From positions 1 through 53,010 of IMG/VR virus record IMGVR_UViG_3300048881_000349: DNA of 53,010 nt; one strand, given 5' to 3'. Every line of letters starts with the position of its first letter. The first letter of the stretch is position 1. Position numbers and translations under genes: made by a program. The stretch comes from a virus (Duplodnaviria > Caudoviricetes). The notes beneath the pieces were generated by a model. The model did no database searches, was not told the DNA's origin, and saw only the letters and a program-made list of their open reading frames with translations. Of the stretch, positions 7,080 to 17,957 are shown piece by piece.

Positions 7080-9319
7080 TGGCAACCTCAGTCGTCACGT
7101 ATCAACCGGCAGCGGGCAGGGCACACGTTGATCTGACCTCATGGGCGGGAGATGCAGGCTTTGCCACGACTCCGGTCGCCACGGACCAAATGGAAGGCCC
7201 GGATACGCTGACGCTGAATGCCGATGGCACGGTAACAGGCGCTGATGGCACCTATACGATGCGGCACATTATTGCATCCAGCGGCCAGGCGGAAGGGATC
7301 AGTTACCAGATCGGCACGCCTGCAGTGGTCCCGGCCGGCACGATCACGCTCGGCACGCCGACGATTGACCAGACCACCATTTCCCTGCCGTTCACGTATG
7401 ACGACACCGACCAGACCGGGTTTGAATATCGCGTTGATGGCGGAGCATGGACCTCAACCACCAGCCCGGTATCGCTGTCCGGGCTGACCGAAAACACTAA
7501 GTACACCATTGAAGTCCGGGCTGTGAACGCAGATGGTGGCGGAACGCCAGCCAGCACCGCGCTAACCACGGACCCGATTCCGAGCAGCGCCACCGCAACT
7601 GTTCCGTTTTCACCAGGCGCCGGGTATACCGTTGCGACACTGGAAGCAGGCTTTGATGATTATGCGTTCCAAGAGTGGCCCGCTAATGAGCCTGATGTTG
7701 GCTGGCAATTGGTCACTGTTACCGCCGAAGGCTACTTCGACAGCCAGGGCAACTACTGGTTTGATGAGGGCGTTGAAGCCGTCCACGACGTGTGGGTGGT
7801 CGACCTGAATGGGACAGTCTATTACCAGACCGTAGACAACACTGGACTGCTCACGCCGCTAGAGGGCGAGATAACTATCGGCACGGTTACAGTGGGTCGA
7901 AACAGCGCGAGTATTGAGTTCAGTTACAGTGCTGCGGACGCAGAGGGGTTTGAATACCGTCTCGATGGCGGCACTTGGATCGACGTGGTTAGCCCGATTG
8001 TTTTGTCTGGACTGACCGCTGAGACGCCGTATCAGGTCGATCTTCGGGCCTACAACGGCACCACGCAGAGCGTTTTCAAGACGGTTAACTTCACCACCGA
8101 CGCTGCTGTTGATACGACACCGAATGCTTTCACTCTCACCGCACAGACGGGCGTAGCGCGTAGCATCACCGTTACTTCCAACGCGATTACTGTGCAGGGC
8201 GTTGATGCCGGCGTAGATGTGGTGTCGTCAGTATCGGGCGACACAGGGAGTCAGCAGTCCGTCTCAACAGATGGCGGCGTAACTTGGGGGGGATGGTCTG
8301 CCGCAGACCAGAACGTCCGTTTGAACTATCGTGTTCGCGTCCGCCACACGACCAGTGACGAGCATTCTTCTGGCGGCTATGACGGCGTTCGCGAAACCAC
8401 GCTGACCATTGGCGGCGTCTCTGCGACGTTCCGCAGCACGACCCTTGCTGACACCACCCCTCCCGTCATTTCACTGACTGGCGGCAACCAGACCGTAGTT
8501 CAGAACACGACATGGTCTGAGCCCGGCTATGAAGCGATAGACAACGCGGACGGGGATATCTCCGTTACGGGCGTTGAGGTCATCGGCACAGTCGATACCA
8601 GCGTGCTCGGACAGCAGCAAATCCTGTACCGCGCAACGGATGCGTCGGGCAACGTCTCAGAGAGCACACGGACTGTTACCGTTGTCGAGTTTGTGCCGGA
8701 CGACACTGTTGCTCCGATCATTCAACTTGCCGGTGGCAACCGGACAATCACGGTTGGCGATACATGGAGCGATCCGGGTTACACCGCCACCGATGACACA
8801 GATGGCAATATCACAGATCAGGTGGAGGTGTCCGGCACAGTTGACACCACAAAGCCGGGCAGTTACCCGATCACATACTCGGTATCGGATGCAGCGGGCA
8901 ACGAGGCGACTGCAACACGGATTGTTACCGTCCTGTCGGCTACCCAGTACCCGTTGCTGGAGGCTGCCCCGGCCAACCGCACCTTTGAGGGCAAGCGCGT
9001 TCTGCGGTTTGAGGCTGGCGAACCGATCTTCATTCTCCAGTCCGGCGAAACCCTGGATTTTGATTTCGATCTCACCAACTGGCTGGCCGACCAGGGCGAC
9101 GACATCGCCGAAGGAACGCATCAGATTGAAGAATTGGCAGAAGCCCTTGAGGTTATGGCCTCCGGCAACGTCCCGGGTACTGACCGCATCAAGGTCTGGC
9201 TGCAAGCTGGCGAGGTCAAAGACAGTCAGTCGTCCCTTGTGCAACTCACCGTCACCACCACCGGCCTGCGAACAGCGGTCTTCCAGTTCCGGGCCCTGAT
9301 CATTAATCGGATGCAGTAA
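7079..9319 (+). CDS. FN3/Ig-like repeat virion appendage protein
   Basis: Two FN3-like repeats (GFEYR.DGG.W...LSGLT..T.Y...RA.N), two DUF5011-like repeats (DT.PP.I.L.GGN...W..PGY.A.D..DG), C-terminal LDFDFDLTNWL adaptor-like domain. Confidence 0.8.
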   Translation: MATSVVTYQPAAGRAHVDLTSWAGDAGFATTPVATDQMEGPDTLTLNADGTVTGADGTYTMRHIIASSGQAEGISYQIGTPAVVPAGTITLGTPTIDQTTISLPFTYDDTDQTGFEYRVDGGAWTSTTSPVSLSGLTENTKYTIEVRAVNADGGGTPASTALTTDPIPSSATATVPFSPGAGYTVATLEAGFDDYAFQEWPANEPDVGWQLVTVTAEGYFDSQGNYWFDEGVEAVHDVWVVDLNGTVYYQTVDNTGLLTPLEGEITIGTVTVGRNSASIEFSYSAADAEGFEYRLDGGTWIDVVSPIVLSGLTAETPYQVDLRAYNGTTQSVFKTVNFTTDAAVDTTPNAFTLTAQTGVARSITVTSNAITVQGVDAGVDVVSSVSGDTGSQQSVSTDGGVTWGGWSAADQNVRLNYRVRVRHTTSDEHSSGGYDGVRETTLTIGGVSATFRSTTLADTTPPVISLTGGNQTVVQNTTWSEPGYEAIDNADGDISVTGVEVIGTVDTSVLGQQQILYRATDASGNVSESTRTVTVVEFVPDDTVAPIIQLAGGNRTITVGDTWSDPGYTATDDTDGNITDQVEVSGTVDTTKPGSYPITYSVSDAAGNEATATRIVTVLSATQYPLLEAAPANRTFEGKRVLRFEAGEPIFILQSGETLDFDFDLTNWLADQGDDIAEGTHQIEELAEALEVMASGNVPGTDRIKVWLQAGEVKDSQSSLVQLTVTTTGLRTAVFQFRALIINRMQ

Positions 9320-9873
9320 TGGCGCTCGGAGCGAACCCCAGAGAATCGACCAAGGCGAAGATGCGCGAGTTCGCGGATCTGTGGCGCGGCAGTTCGGACG
9401 ACAAGGTCCGTGGCGATGCCGCGAAGTGCTACAAGATCGGCCACCCGAACGCCAGCAAGAAAGTCTGCGAGGCCATGGGTAGCGAGTACCTGAACCACCC
9501 GTACACGCAGGCCTATCTGCGGGAAAAGACGGACGCGGTGGCCGAGGCGGCAGACATTACGCAGGACCGGGTGCTGAAAGAGGTGTTCCGGTGCGGCATG
9601 TACGACATGCGCAACCTTTTCGATGACGACGGCATGCCGCTTTCCCCAAAGGATCTGGACGACAACATTGCTGCCGCCGTCGTGAGCCTGAGGGTCACAA
9701 CCATGCTGGGCGATGAAGACAAGCCGGCCATGAAGCGTTACGAGTACAAGCTGGCCGATAAGGGCCCGGCACAGGAAAAGCTGATGAAGTACCTGGGCCT
9801 GTACGAGAAAGACAACAAGCAAAAAGCCAAGTCGCTACAGGAACTGATAGCCGAAGTCCGCGGTGAAGGATGA
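9319..9873 (+). CDS. terS: Terminase small subunit
   Basis: ITQDRVLKE...YKLADK..A.EKLMKYLGLY pattern; directly upstream of TerL. Confidence 0.85.
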   Translation: MALGANPRESTKAKMREFADLWRGSSDDKVRGDAAKCYKIGHPNASKKVCEAMGSEYLNHPYTQAYLREKTDAVAEAADITQDRVLKEVFRCGMYDMRNLFDDDGMPLSPKDLDDNIAAAVVSLRVTTMLGDEDKPAMKRYEYKLADKGPAQEKLMKYLGLYEKDNKQKAKSLQELIAEVRGEG

Positions 9874-11471
9874 ATCGGGCTGCCGAGGTTAGGCTGGCCG
9901 AAGCCTATTTGGCCGCCATGGAGGCTGGCGAGGTCACCGAAAAGGAACACCTGGTTGAAGCGCTGGCGCTCAAGTGGTTCCGCATATGCTCCCTGTACTA
10001 CATCAAGGACAAGCAGGGGCGAAAGATTCGGTTCAAGCCCAACGCCGCCCAGCGCAAGCGTTACATCGAGGGTCATTCGCGCAACATCATCCTGAAGGCC
10101 CGACAGTTGGGCTTTACGACGTTCGAGATGATCGACGCCCTGGACGATTGCCTGTTTACGGACAACTTCAGCGCTGGCTGTATTTGCCACAACCTGGATG
10201 ACGCCAAGGACATTTTCCGGAACAAGATCGTTTTCGCGTACAAGAACATCCCGGACGCCTGGCTAGCGATCTTCGATCAGATTGGCCTGAGATTTCCTCG
10301 GCCAGTCAGCGACAAGAGCGGGTCTGGCGCCTACGTCTTCGACAACGATTCGTCCATCAACGTCTCCACCAGTTACCGGGGCGGTACGTTGCAGCGGCTC
10401 CATGTGTCGGAGTTCGGCAAGATCTGTAAACGCTACCCGCACAAGGCGCAGGAGATTGTAACCGGCGCATTTGAGGCCGTTGGCATCGGCAACCAGATTA
10501 CTCTGGAATCCACCGCCGAGGGCCGGGAAGGCTACTTCTTCAACTACTGCGAGCAGGCTCAGCACCTCCAGCAACTGCAGCGCACGCCAACGGATCTGGA
10601 TTTCCATTTCCACTTCTTTCCGTGGTGGCAAGAGCCGACGTACACGATGGACCCGAAAGCGGTGTCTATCCCGCAGCGCCTACAAGAGTACTTCGAGCGC
10701 CTGGAACACAAGCACAGCATACGGACCACCGCAGGCCAGCGCGCCTGGTATGCAAAGAAAGAGCAGACGCTGCAGGACGACATGCAGCGGGAATACCCAT
10801 CGACCCCCGAAGAAGCGTTCGAGCAGTCGGTAGAGGGTGCGTACTACGCCACGCAGATGCAGTTCCTGCGTAAGAACAAGCGCCTTACCACTCAGGTTCA
10901 GATAAACCCGCAATTGCCGGTGTTCACCGGTTGGGATCTGGGCATGAACGACACCATGGCCATCTGGTTCGCGCAAATCGTGGGCCGGGAGGTTCACCTG
11001 GTGGATTACATGGAAGGCGAAGGCGAAGGCATCGAGTACTACGCCGACCAACTGAACAATAAAGGCTACCGGTACGGCGGGCATTATGGTCCGCACGATC
11101 TGGCGGTCAGGGAGCTGGGTACCGGGCTGTCCCGATCCGACGTGGCTAAACAGTTCGGCATCCATTTTGAAACCATTCCGCGCATCAGCAACCACGCCGA
11201 GGGCGTCCAGGCTGTTCGTCAGTTCTTGCCCTCGTGCTGGATTGACGAAGAAGCCTGTGCGCAGGGCGTCCTGTGCCTCGATAACTTCCGCAAGGAATGG
11301 GATGACAAGCGAGGCATCTACAAGGACCGGCCCCGGCACGACTGGGCGTCACACGGCGCTAAGGCGCTCGAAACGCTCGCCCGGGCAGACCTATTTGCCC
11401 GACTGTCCCGACAGGATTTTGCCAAGAACCGCCCGCCCAGCCGGCGCGGTAATTGGGCCGCTCACACATAG
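9870..11471 (+). CDS. terL: Terminase large subunit
   Basis: ILKARQLGFTT Walker A, LHVSEFG Walker B, ESTAEG, GWDLG and HDWASH nuclease motifs. Confidence 0.95.
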   Translation: MNRAAEVRLAEAYLAAMEAGEVTEKEHLVEALALKWFRICSLYYIKDKQGRKIRFKPNAAQRKRYIEGHSRNIILKARQLGFTTFEMIDALDDCLFTDNFSAGCICHNLDDAKDIFRNKIVFAYKNIPDAWLAIFDQIGLRFPRPVSDKSGSGAYVFDNDSSINVSTSYRGGTLQRLHVSEFGKICKRYPHKAQEIVTGAFEAVGIGNQITLESTAEGREGYFFNYCEQAQHLQQLQRTPTDLDFHFHFFPWWQEPTYTMDPKAVSIPQRLQEYFERLEHKHSIRTTAGQRAWYAKKEQTLQDDMQREYPSTPEEAFEQSVEGAYYATQMQFLRKNKRLTTQVQINPQLPVFTGWDLGMNDTMAIWFAQIVGREVHLVDYMEGEGEGIEYYADQLNNKGYRYGGHYGPHDLAVRELGTGLSRSDVAKQFGIHFETIPRISNHAEGVQAVRQFLPSCWIDEEACAQGVLCLDNFRKEWDDKRGIYKDRPRHDWASHGAKALETLARADLFARLSRQDFAKNRPPSRRGNWAAHT

Positions 11472-11480
11472 AGGTACCGC

Positions 11481-11876
11481 ATGGCCATTCTCGAATCCGA
11501 CAAGCCGGTCAACCTGACCCAGCGCGAAATCGCTGTGATTGTTGCCAAGAGCATTACCGAAACCGGTCTGCCTGTTCCGACCGGCCGTGTCCGTAATGAC
11601 GTGAATCACATCCAGATTGACCCGATCATTCTGGAGAAGCGCGTCACGCAGCCAAAGATGGGTGTGCGCCTGCAATTCGTTACCAAGGATGACTTCAAGG
11701 TCGATTTCAACATCAACATTGAAGAATTCGAGGCGAACCCGGGCGGATACATGACGGACCTGTTCGAGCGACTGGGCGAGATGCTGCGCAATGGCCTGAA
11801 GATGCGCAAGAACACCAAGCTGTTGAACAGCGCCATGTACGACATTCTCACCAAAGAGGCTGCCGCTAATGGCTAA
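11481..11876 (+). CDS. Hypothetical protein between TerL and portal
   Basis: ORF with GAGG RBS. Confidence 0.75.
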   Translation: MAILESDKPVNLTQREIAVIVAKSITETGLPVPTGRVRNDVNHIQIDPIILEKRVTQPKMGVRLQFVTKDDFKVDFNINIEEFEANPGGYMTDLFERLGEMLRNGLKMRKNTKLLNSAMYDILTKEAAANG

Positions 11877-14142
11877 TCTCGGTCTCCTGCAGTACCGATC
11901 CGCTGGCGATCTGCGTGCTGACGAAGAGCATCAGGCGCAACAACTGGCTGACGAGCAGGCAAAGCGTAAGGAGATGCTGGAAAGCTCCCTGGCTGCGCAC
12001 ATACGTCGCAGTTGGGAAGAGGCCAAGATGGCCAAGCAGGAAACCGAATACCGCCTGCTGGACTGTCTGAGACGCCGCAAGGGCGAATACGACCCGAGCA
12101 AGCTGACCGCCATTCGCCAGGAAGGCGGCAGTGCCATCTTCATGATGCTGACGGCCACCAAGTGCCGGGCCGCCGCCTCCTGGGTGCGCGATATCCTGAT
12201 GCCAGCGAACGAAAAGCCGTGGGGGCTTTCCCCGACGCCGGTTGCGCAGGTGCCGCCCGAATTCCTGCAACCTGTGTTCCAAGCGTTCATTCAGCAGGCG
12301 GCACTGCAGGCGCAAGAATCCGGCGAGCAACTGGATCCGCAGGCGGTTATGAAGAAGGCGGAAGACCACATCCGTCACGCCGCACAAGAAAGGGCCGAGG
12401 AAGCCGCCGAGCGGCACGAGGAGGTGATTGAAGACCAGCTGGCCGAAGGCAATTGGGATGCCGCGTTGGGCGATTTCATCGACGACTTCGTGACATTCCC
12501 CAGCGCTTTTATTCGCGGTCACAACTTGCGCCGCGTGTCGTCACTGGCCTGGATGGAGGGCTGGAAGCCGGTCAAGACGATGGAGATCAAGCCGGACTGG
12601 TACCGCGTGTCACCTTTCGACATCTACCCGAGCCCGGACGCCACCGACATTGACAACGGCGCCTACATCCTCGAGCGCTGTCGATTCACTCGCGGCCACC
12701 TGAACAAGTTGCTGGGCGTGCCGTCCTACGACCAAGAGGCGATTCGTGCGGTTCTGGACGAGCATGGCCAGAGCGGTTTGCGTGACTGGCTGTGGAGCGA
12801 TGGCGAGCGCGCTGAACTGGAGGGTCGCGGACACGAATGGCTGACCAAGGGCCAGACCATCGATGGACTGATCTATTGCGGGGGAGCCCAGGGCACCAGC
12901 CTGTTGCAGTGGGGCGTGAACCCGGACGATATCGAAGACCCGCTGGCGGAATACGAAGTGGAGGCCACCCTGATCGGTCAGCACGTGATCCGCGTGAAGA
13001 TCAACCGCGATCCACTGGAGCGCCGCCCGTACCACAAGGCGTCCTTCCAGCCCGTACCTGGCTCGTTCTGGGGTCAGGCGATTCCTGAACTGATGGCCGA
13101 CATTCAGGACGTGTGCAACGCCACCGCCCGGTCGCTGGTCAACAACCTGGCGATCAGCTCGGGCCCGCAGGTGGAAGTCTATTACGAGCGCCTGGACCCT
13201 TCAGAAAGCGGGGATGAAATCTATCCGTGGAAGATCTGGCGCACCAAGGACTCCAATCTGACCGGCAACAACAGGGCGCTGAACTTCTTTCAGCCCACAA
13301 GCAACGCCAATGAACTGCTTGGGGTGTACGAGAAGTTTGAGATCCGCGCCGACGACGCCACCAACATTCCCCGCTACTCCTATGGCAACGAGCGCGTGGG
13401 CGGGGCAGGGCAGACAGCCTCCGGCCTCTCAATGCTCATGGAGAGCGCGAACAAGGGTATCAAGGACGCCATTCGCCACATCGACCGGGGCGTTATCCGT
13501 CGCGTGATCGAGGCGCTGTGGCTGCACAACATGCAGTACAGCGACGATAACAGCATTAAGGGCGACGTTGCCGTGGTGCCGCGCGGATCCTCCGCCATGT
13601 TGATTCGTGAGCAGACGCACCAGATGCGGGCTGAATTCCTGGCCATGACCGGCAACGAGATTGATATGGGCATCATTGGCCGCGAAGGCCGCCGTGATCT
13701 GCTTGAAGCCATGGCCGAGAAACTGGATATGCCCGGCCTGATCCCCTCTGAGGACAAGATGCTGGAGAACGCCCGCGGCCAGAACGAAGCCCAGCAGATG
13801 ATGCAGGAACTGGAAAGCATGATTAAGCAGGCCGAGGCCAAGGAGAAGATGGCCAAGGCGGCCAAGAGCGAGGCGGAAGTGGCGGAGACTCAGGCCGACA
13901 CCCAGGAAACCATGACCATGACGCCGCTCAAGGCCCGCAAGCTCATGGCCGAAATTCTCAAGATGATGCGAGAAGCCAATGACAATGACCGAACAGGACT
14001 ACAAGGCCCTGGCCAGAATCGCGCAATCCCAGGACGGTCAGCGCCTGCTGGCTATCCTCAAGGCGGAACGAGAGGAATGCAGGGACCAGCTGGAGCGACT
14101 GCCGGACCCGGTACAGCTCCACAGGCGCCAGGGCTCCGCTGA
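11869..14142 (+). CDS. Portal protein
   Basis: 757 aa; RVSPFDIYPSP, GSFWGQAI.ELM.D.Q...N, TASGLSML motifs of podovirus portals. Confidence 0.88.
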   Translation: MANLGLLQYRSAGDLRADEEHQAQQLADEQAKRKEMLESSLAAHIRRSWEEAKMAKQETEYRLLDCLRRRKGEYDPSKLTAIRQEGGSAIFMMLTATKCRAAASWVRDILMPANEKPWGLSPTPVAQVPPEFLQPVFQAFIQQAALQAQESGEQLDPQAVMKKAEDHIRHAAQERAEEAAERHEEVIEDQLAEGNWDAALGDFIDDFVTFPSAFIRGHNLRRVSSLAWMEGWKPVKTMEIKPDWYRVSPFDIYPSPDATDIDNGAYILERCRFTRGHLNKLLGVPSYDQEAIRAVLDEHGQSGLRDWLWSDGERAELEGRGHEWLTKGQTIDGLIYCGGAQGTSLLQWGVNPDDIEDPLAEYEVEATLIGQHVIRVKINRDPLERRPYHKASFQPVPGSFWGQAIPELMADIQDVCNATARSLVNNLAISSGPQVEVYYERLDPSESGDEIYPWKIWRTKDSNLTGNNRALNFFQPTSNANELLGVYEKFEIRADDATNIPRYSYGNERVGGAGQTASGLSMLMESANKGIKDAIRHIDRGVIRRVIEALWLHNMQYSDDNSIKGDVAVVPRGSSAMLIREQTHQMRAEFLAMTGNEIDMGIIGREGRRDLLEAMAEKLDMPGLIPSEDKMLENARGQNEAQQMMQELESMIKQAEAKEKMAKAAKSEAEVAETQADTQETMTMTPLKARKLMAEILKMMREANDNDRTGLQGPGQNRAIPGRSAPAGYPQGGTRGMQGPAGATAGPGTAPQAPGLR

Positions 14143-14212
14143 CACGCTCAAGGACATCATCGAAAAGCTCACCGAAGCCCGCAAAGTAGTGGATAGACGT
14201 TACAGCGAATAG
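13979..14212 (+). CDS. Small head-module protein overlapping the portal C-terminus
   Basis: Helical protein with GQRLL...RRQG motif; usual position between portal and scaffold. Confidence 0.65.
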   Translation: MTMTEQDYKALARIAQSQDGQRLLAILKAEREECRDQLERLPDPVQLHRRQGSADTLKDIIEKLTEARKVVDRRYSE

Positions 14213-14236
14213 CCCGGTCCGCCGGGCCTCACAAGA

Positions 14237-14271
14237 AAGCCGCTTCACCAGCAATGGGAGGCGGTTTTTTT
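14237..14271 (+). terminator. Intrinsic terminator
   Basis: GCCGCTTC...GAGGCGGT then T run. Confidence 0.7.
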
Positions 14272-14381
14272 GTGGGTGATCGCTCGATGCCGGTAAGGCC
14301 AACGGCACCGAATCCGTGACCCCGAATCGTGAACCCCGGCGCATGCCGGCTCACCGCGCAGATAAGCGCATAGGAGTTGAA

Positions 14382-15338
14382 ATGTCACTACCCCGTTCCG
14401 TCCAGCAGCAGGCCGATGTGGCCAAGCAACACTTTGAATCCCTCCAGAATCCCGAACCAACGGCTCCGGAAGTGGACGAGAAGACGCCTGATGCACCGGA
14501 CACTGCCACGCAATCCGCTGAACCCGAGGCGAAACCCGACGACGAAAAGCGCTCCCAGGGCGAAGACAAAACCCCAACCGACGAGCCGAAACGCTCCGAA
14601 GCCTACTGGGAACACCGCTTCAACGTCATCAACGGGAAGTACGCCGCCGAGGTGCCTGCGCTGCGTGAAGAGGTCAGAACGTTGACCAAGAAGCTCGAGG
14701 ATGCCGACCGCCAGATTACGGAGCTGCAATCAGCCTCCGACCAACCCACCAACCCTGACGGGCTGACCGACGAGCAGATGGCCAAGTTCAAAGAGGAATT
14801 TGGAGAGGACTTCGTGTCGTTCGTGCAACGCATGGTGTCCAGCAGTGCCAGCAAGCCCGACAACAGCGCCGAGGTGGATGAGCTGAAGCGCAAGGTTGAG
14901 ACGTTTGAGCAGAAAGAGCAGGAGAGGACTTCTGCCTCGTTCTGGACGGCCCTGGGTGAGTTGGTGCCGGACTGGAAAACCGTGAACGACGACAAGAAGT
15001 TCCACGACTTCCTCTCGCAGTACGACCCGCAGACCGGACAGCAGCGCCAGCAATCGCTGAGCACTGCGCAACAGGCACTGGATGCAGACGGTGTAGCCGC
15101 CGTGTTCAACGCCTTCAAAAAACAGCAGCCGAAACCCGAGACTCAGCGCATTCCCGACGACCAGGTTGATCCTCCCACCAGCCGATCTACAACCACCCCC
15201 GAAGCGGGAAAGATATGGACTGGCGCGGAGATCAAGGACTTCTACACGAAGAAGGCCGCCGGGAAGTACAGCGCTGAAGAAGGGAAGCGGCTCGAAGCCG
15301 ACATCTTCGCCGCACAGCGCGAGGGCCGGGTGCGCTAA
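14382..15338 (+). CDS. Capsid scaffolding protein
   Basis: Acidic/Pro-rich N-terminus, coiled coil, C-terminal AAQREGRVR; AGGAG RBS; precedes coat gene. Confidence 0.75.
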   Translation: MSLPRSVQQQADVAKQHFESLQNPEPTAPEVDEKTPDAPDTATQSAEPEAKPDDEKRSQGEDKTPTDEPKRSEAYWEHRFNVINGKYAAEVPALREEVRTLTKKLEDADRQITELQSASDQPTNPDGLTDEQMAKFKEEFGEDFVSFVQRMVSSSASKPDNSAEVDELKRKVETFEQKEQERTSASFWTALGELVPDWKTVNDDKKFHDFLSQYDPQTGQQRQQSLSTAQQALDADGVAAVFNAFKKQQPKPETQRIPDDQVDPPTSRSTTTPEAGKIWTGAEIKDFYTKKAAGKYSAEEGKRLEADIFAAQREGRVR

Positions 15339-15385
15339 GCCCCGGTCAACGCCTCGCGGTTCATTGATTCCGAGAGGTAATTATC

Positions 15386-16327
15386 ATGGCAGGTCCAGTA
15401 AGGGATGCAGGTCATCCCGATTATTCCAGCACCAGCACCCCGGGGTTTATCCCCTCAATCTGGTCAGGCAAGTTGGTCGAGAAGCTGTACGCATCAACCG
15501 CCTATGGCGAAATCGCCAACACCTACTACGAAGGTGAGATCAAAGCCCAGGGCGACACGGTGCAAATTCGCACCACTCCATCCATCACCATCAATGACTA
15601 CCAGATCGGTGGCGGACTGACCTACGAGAAGCCGACCAGCGACAAGGTGGAACTGCAGATCGACAAGGCGAAGTACTTTGCCTTCGAGGTCAACGACATC
15701 GACGCCTACCAGTCCGACCTGAGCCTGATGGACAACTGGTCCGACGATGGTGGTCAGCAGATGGGTATCGCCATCGACACCGACGTGAACGCCTATGCCT
15801 ACACCGAGGCGGCTGCGGCCAACGCCGGTGCAGCGGCAGGCGCCAAGTCCGGCTCCCTGAACCTGGGTGCGGCCGGTGCGCCGGTAGTCATCACTAAGGC
15901 GAACATCCTGGATGTTCTGGTGGACTGCGGTACCGCCCTGGACGAGCAGAACTGCCCGAACACCGGCCGTTTCGTTGTCCTGCCCGCATGGATGAACGGC
16001 ATGCTCAAGAAGTCCGACCTGCGTGACGCGAGCGCGATGGGTGATTCCACCTCTGTGTTCCGCAATGGGAAGGTCGGAGAGCTCGACAGGTTTACTGTAT
16101 ACGTCAACAACAACCTGGATGTTGTGACGGACGCCACCACCACCAACCAGGCCACCAACGTGATCTTTGGTCACAAGAAGGCGCTGACCTTCGCGTCCCA
16201 GATGACCAACATGGAAACGCTGAAGAATCCCAATGATTTCGGCAGCCTGATCCGTGGTCTGAACGTGCATGGCTACAAGGTCATCGACCCGAACGCCATC
16301 GGTCACCTGTACGCCGAGCGCGGCTAA
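15386..16327 (+). CDS. Major capsid protein (P22-coat/HK97 fold)
   Basis: FIPSIWS, YEGEI...GDTVQI, LQIDKAKYFAFEVND, IRGLNVHGYKV motifs. Confidence 0.9.
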   Translation: MAGPVRDAGHPDYSSTSTPGFIPSIWSGKLVEKLYASTAYGEIANTYYEGEIKAQGDTVQIRTTPSITINDYQIGGGLTYEKPTSDKVELQIDKAKYFAFEVNDIDAYQSDLSLMDNWSDDGGQQMGIAIDTDVNAYAYTEAAAANAGAAAGAKSGSLNLGAAGAPVVITKANILDVLVDCGTALDEQNCPNTGRFVVLPAWMNGMLKKSDLRDASAMGDSTSVFRNGKVGELDRFTVYVNNNLDVVTDATTTNQATNVIFGHKKALTFASQMTNMETLKNPNDFGSLIRGLNVHGYKVIDPNAIGHLYAERG

Positions 16328-16340
16328 ACCCACTGATCAT

Positions 16341-16370
16341 AAGGCCGCCCTCCGGGGCGGTCTTGTGTTT
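16341..16370 (+). terminator. Hairpin/terminator after coat gene
   Basis: AAGGCCGCCC-TCCG-GGGCGGTCTT. Confidence 0.65.
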
Positions 16371-16382
16371 CTGGAGTACACC

Positions 16383-16694
16383 ATGGACTTGATTCATAAG
16401 CTGGAAAAAGCCCGCACCAAGGACGAACTGGAAGATCTCGGCACCGAACACCTGGGTGTTGATGTGGATAAGCGCAAGGCCAAAGAGGTACTGCGTGCTG
16501 AATTGATCGGTGAGGCCGAGAGCCAAGGCTTTGCCGCGGAGGCTGACAATCAAACAGAGCAGCCTGCCCCGCCTGTCGCCCCTGAGCCGGCCAAGACCGG
16601 TTATGCGGGCAAGATGGGCCGCAACCGCAATACGGGGCGGGTGATGCCCTGGACCTCTGCCATGGCGGGTATGCCGCACATGGAGGAAATGTAG
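16383..16694 (+). CDS. Hypothetical head-module protein
   Basis: GGAG RBS; LEM/SAP-like helical N-terminus. Confidence 0.65.
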   Translation: MDLIHKLEKARTKDELEDLGTEHLGVDVDKRKAKEVLRAELIGEAESQGFAAEADNQTEQPAPPVAPEPAKTGYAGKMGRNRNTGRVMPWTSAMAGMPHMEEM

Positions 16695-16697
16695 ACC

Positions 16698-17390
16698 ATG
16701 GCCGTCACCGTCAGCGCCATTGTGAGCAACGCCAAGCGCGTCCTGCAAGAGACCGGCGCCGACGGCACTCGCTGGACCAATGATGAACTGGCCGGCTGGC
16801 TGAATGAATTCTATCAGGCCGCCGTTGGTCTGAAGCCGGACGTATCGACGGTGAACGAAGAACTGGTCCTGGCCGCCGGCACCAAGCAGAGCATTCCGGA
16901 CACCGGACTGCGACTGCTCGACGTGATCCGCAACACCGTCGGGGCCATGACCGGGGTATCGGTGGCCACACGCCAGTCTCTGGATACCGTGCGCCGTGGC
17001 TGGCACTCCGACCCGGCCACCACGCGCATCGAGCACTACGTGTTCGACGACCTGGACCCGATGACGTTCTATGTGTACCCGCCCGCCGAGGCCGGGGCCG
17101 CCGTCGAGATCCTGTATTCGACTGTGCCGGCGCCGCACGATCTGAGAACCACCTTTGCCGTCTACAGCCTGGAAGCGTTCAAGCTGAACGACGCCCACGC
17201 CCCAGCGGCCACCGATTACATCCTGTATCGGGCCTTCAGCAAGGATGCGGAGACGCCCCAGAACCTGAACCGGGCCCGGATGCATTACCAGAACTACGCC
17301 CAACAGCTGACCGGCAAGCGCCAGGCCGACCAGGCGTATTCCCCGAACGCGCCGGATATGTCGGCCAACCCGCCCCGAGGTAACGCATGA
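16698..17390 (+). CDS. Head-tail adaptor protein
   Basis: [30 protein letters not shown] motifs. Confidence 0.75.
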   Translation: MAVTVSAIVSNAKRVLQETGADGTRWTNDELAGWLNEFYQAAVGLKPDVSTVNEELVLAAGTKQSIPDTGLRLLDVIRNTVGAMTGVSVATRQSLDTVRRGWHSDPATTRIEHYVFDDLDPMTFYVYPPAEAGAAVEILYSTVPAPHDLRTTFAVYSLEAFKLNDAHAPAATDYILYRAFSKDAETPQNLNRARMHYQNYAQQLTGKRQADQAYSPNAPDMSANPPRGNA

Positions 17391-17944
17391 CCCAGGATGA
17401 CCTGATCGACCAGATTCAACTGGACATCCCGGACGCGCCTCGCGCCACCGTGGCTGATCAGATTCAGCGTATGGCCCGGGAGTTGTGTGACGCCGGTGAT
17501 GCCTGGGTGCACACCGGTATCGTGGTGGTGGGTGCAAAGAGCGGCTACCCGCAGTTGCTGGTGCCCGAGGATGCGGAACCGCTGCGCATTGCCGCGCTGA
17601 GCGACAACGGCCATCCCCTGGTGTCTGGCCGGGATTTTGTGCAGCCGACCCCGGCCACCGTCGAATTGCTGAGAAAGACCACCAAGGATTCGTTGACCGG
17701 CAAGTTGGCGCTGCGCCCGGTGCCCGGTGCAGCAGTACCGGAGGCCGTGCTGACCCACTGGCATGCCGTGATTGCCGACGGGGTGCTCTGGCGCCTGTTC
17801 CTGATGCCGCAACCGTGGCGCAACCCGGAGTTGGCCACCTACTACCAGCGCCAGTTCCGGGCCGGGACCACCGAGGCCAAACAGCGAGCGACCCACGGGT
17901 ACGCGCGCGGCGGTGCCCGCGTGAAGATGCGCCCGTTCATCTGA
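17387..17944 (+). CDS. Adaptor/tail tubular protein
   Basis: [27 protein letters not shown] motifs; position. Confidence 0.65.
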   Translation: MTQDDLIDQIQLDIPDAPRATVADQIQRMARELCDAGDAWVHTGIVVVGAKSGYPQLLVPEDAEPLRIAALSDNGHPLVSGRDFVQPTPATVELLRKTTKDSLTGKLALRPVPGAAVPEAVLTHWHAVIADGVLWRLFLMPQPWRNPELATYYQRQFRAGTTEAKQRATHGYARGGARVKMRPFI

Positions 17945-17957
17945 CAGGATTCGCTTC

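Noticed and set aside
15494-17537. Long antisense ORFs (279 aa, 418 aa; likewise 40156-41265)
   Set aside because: Shadow frames of high-GC3 genes on the opposite strand
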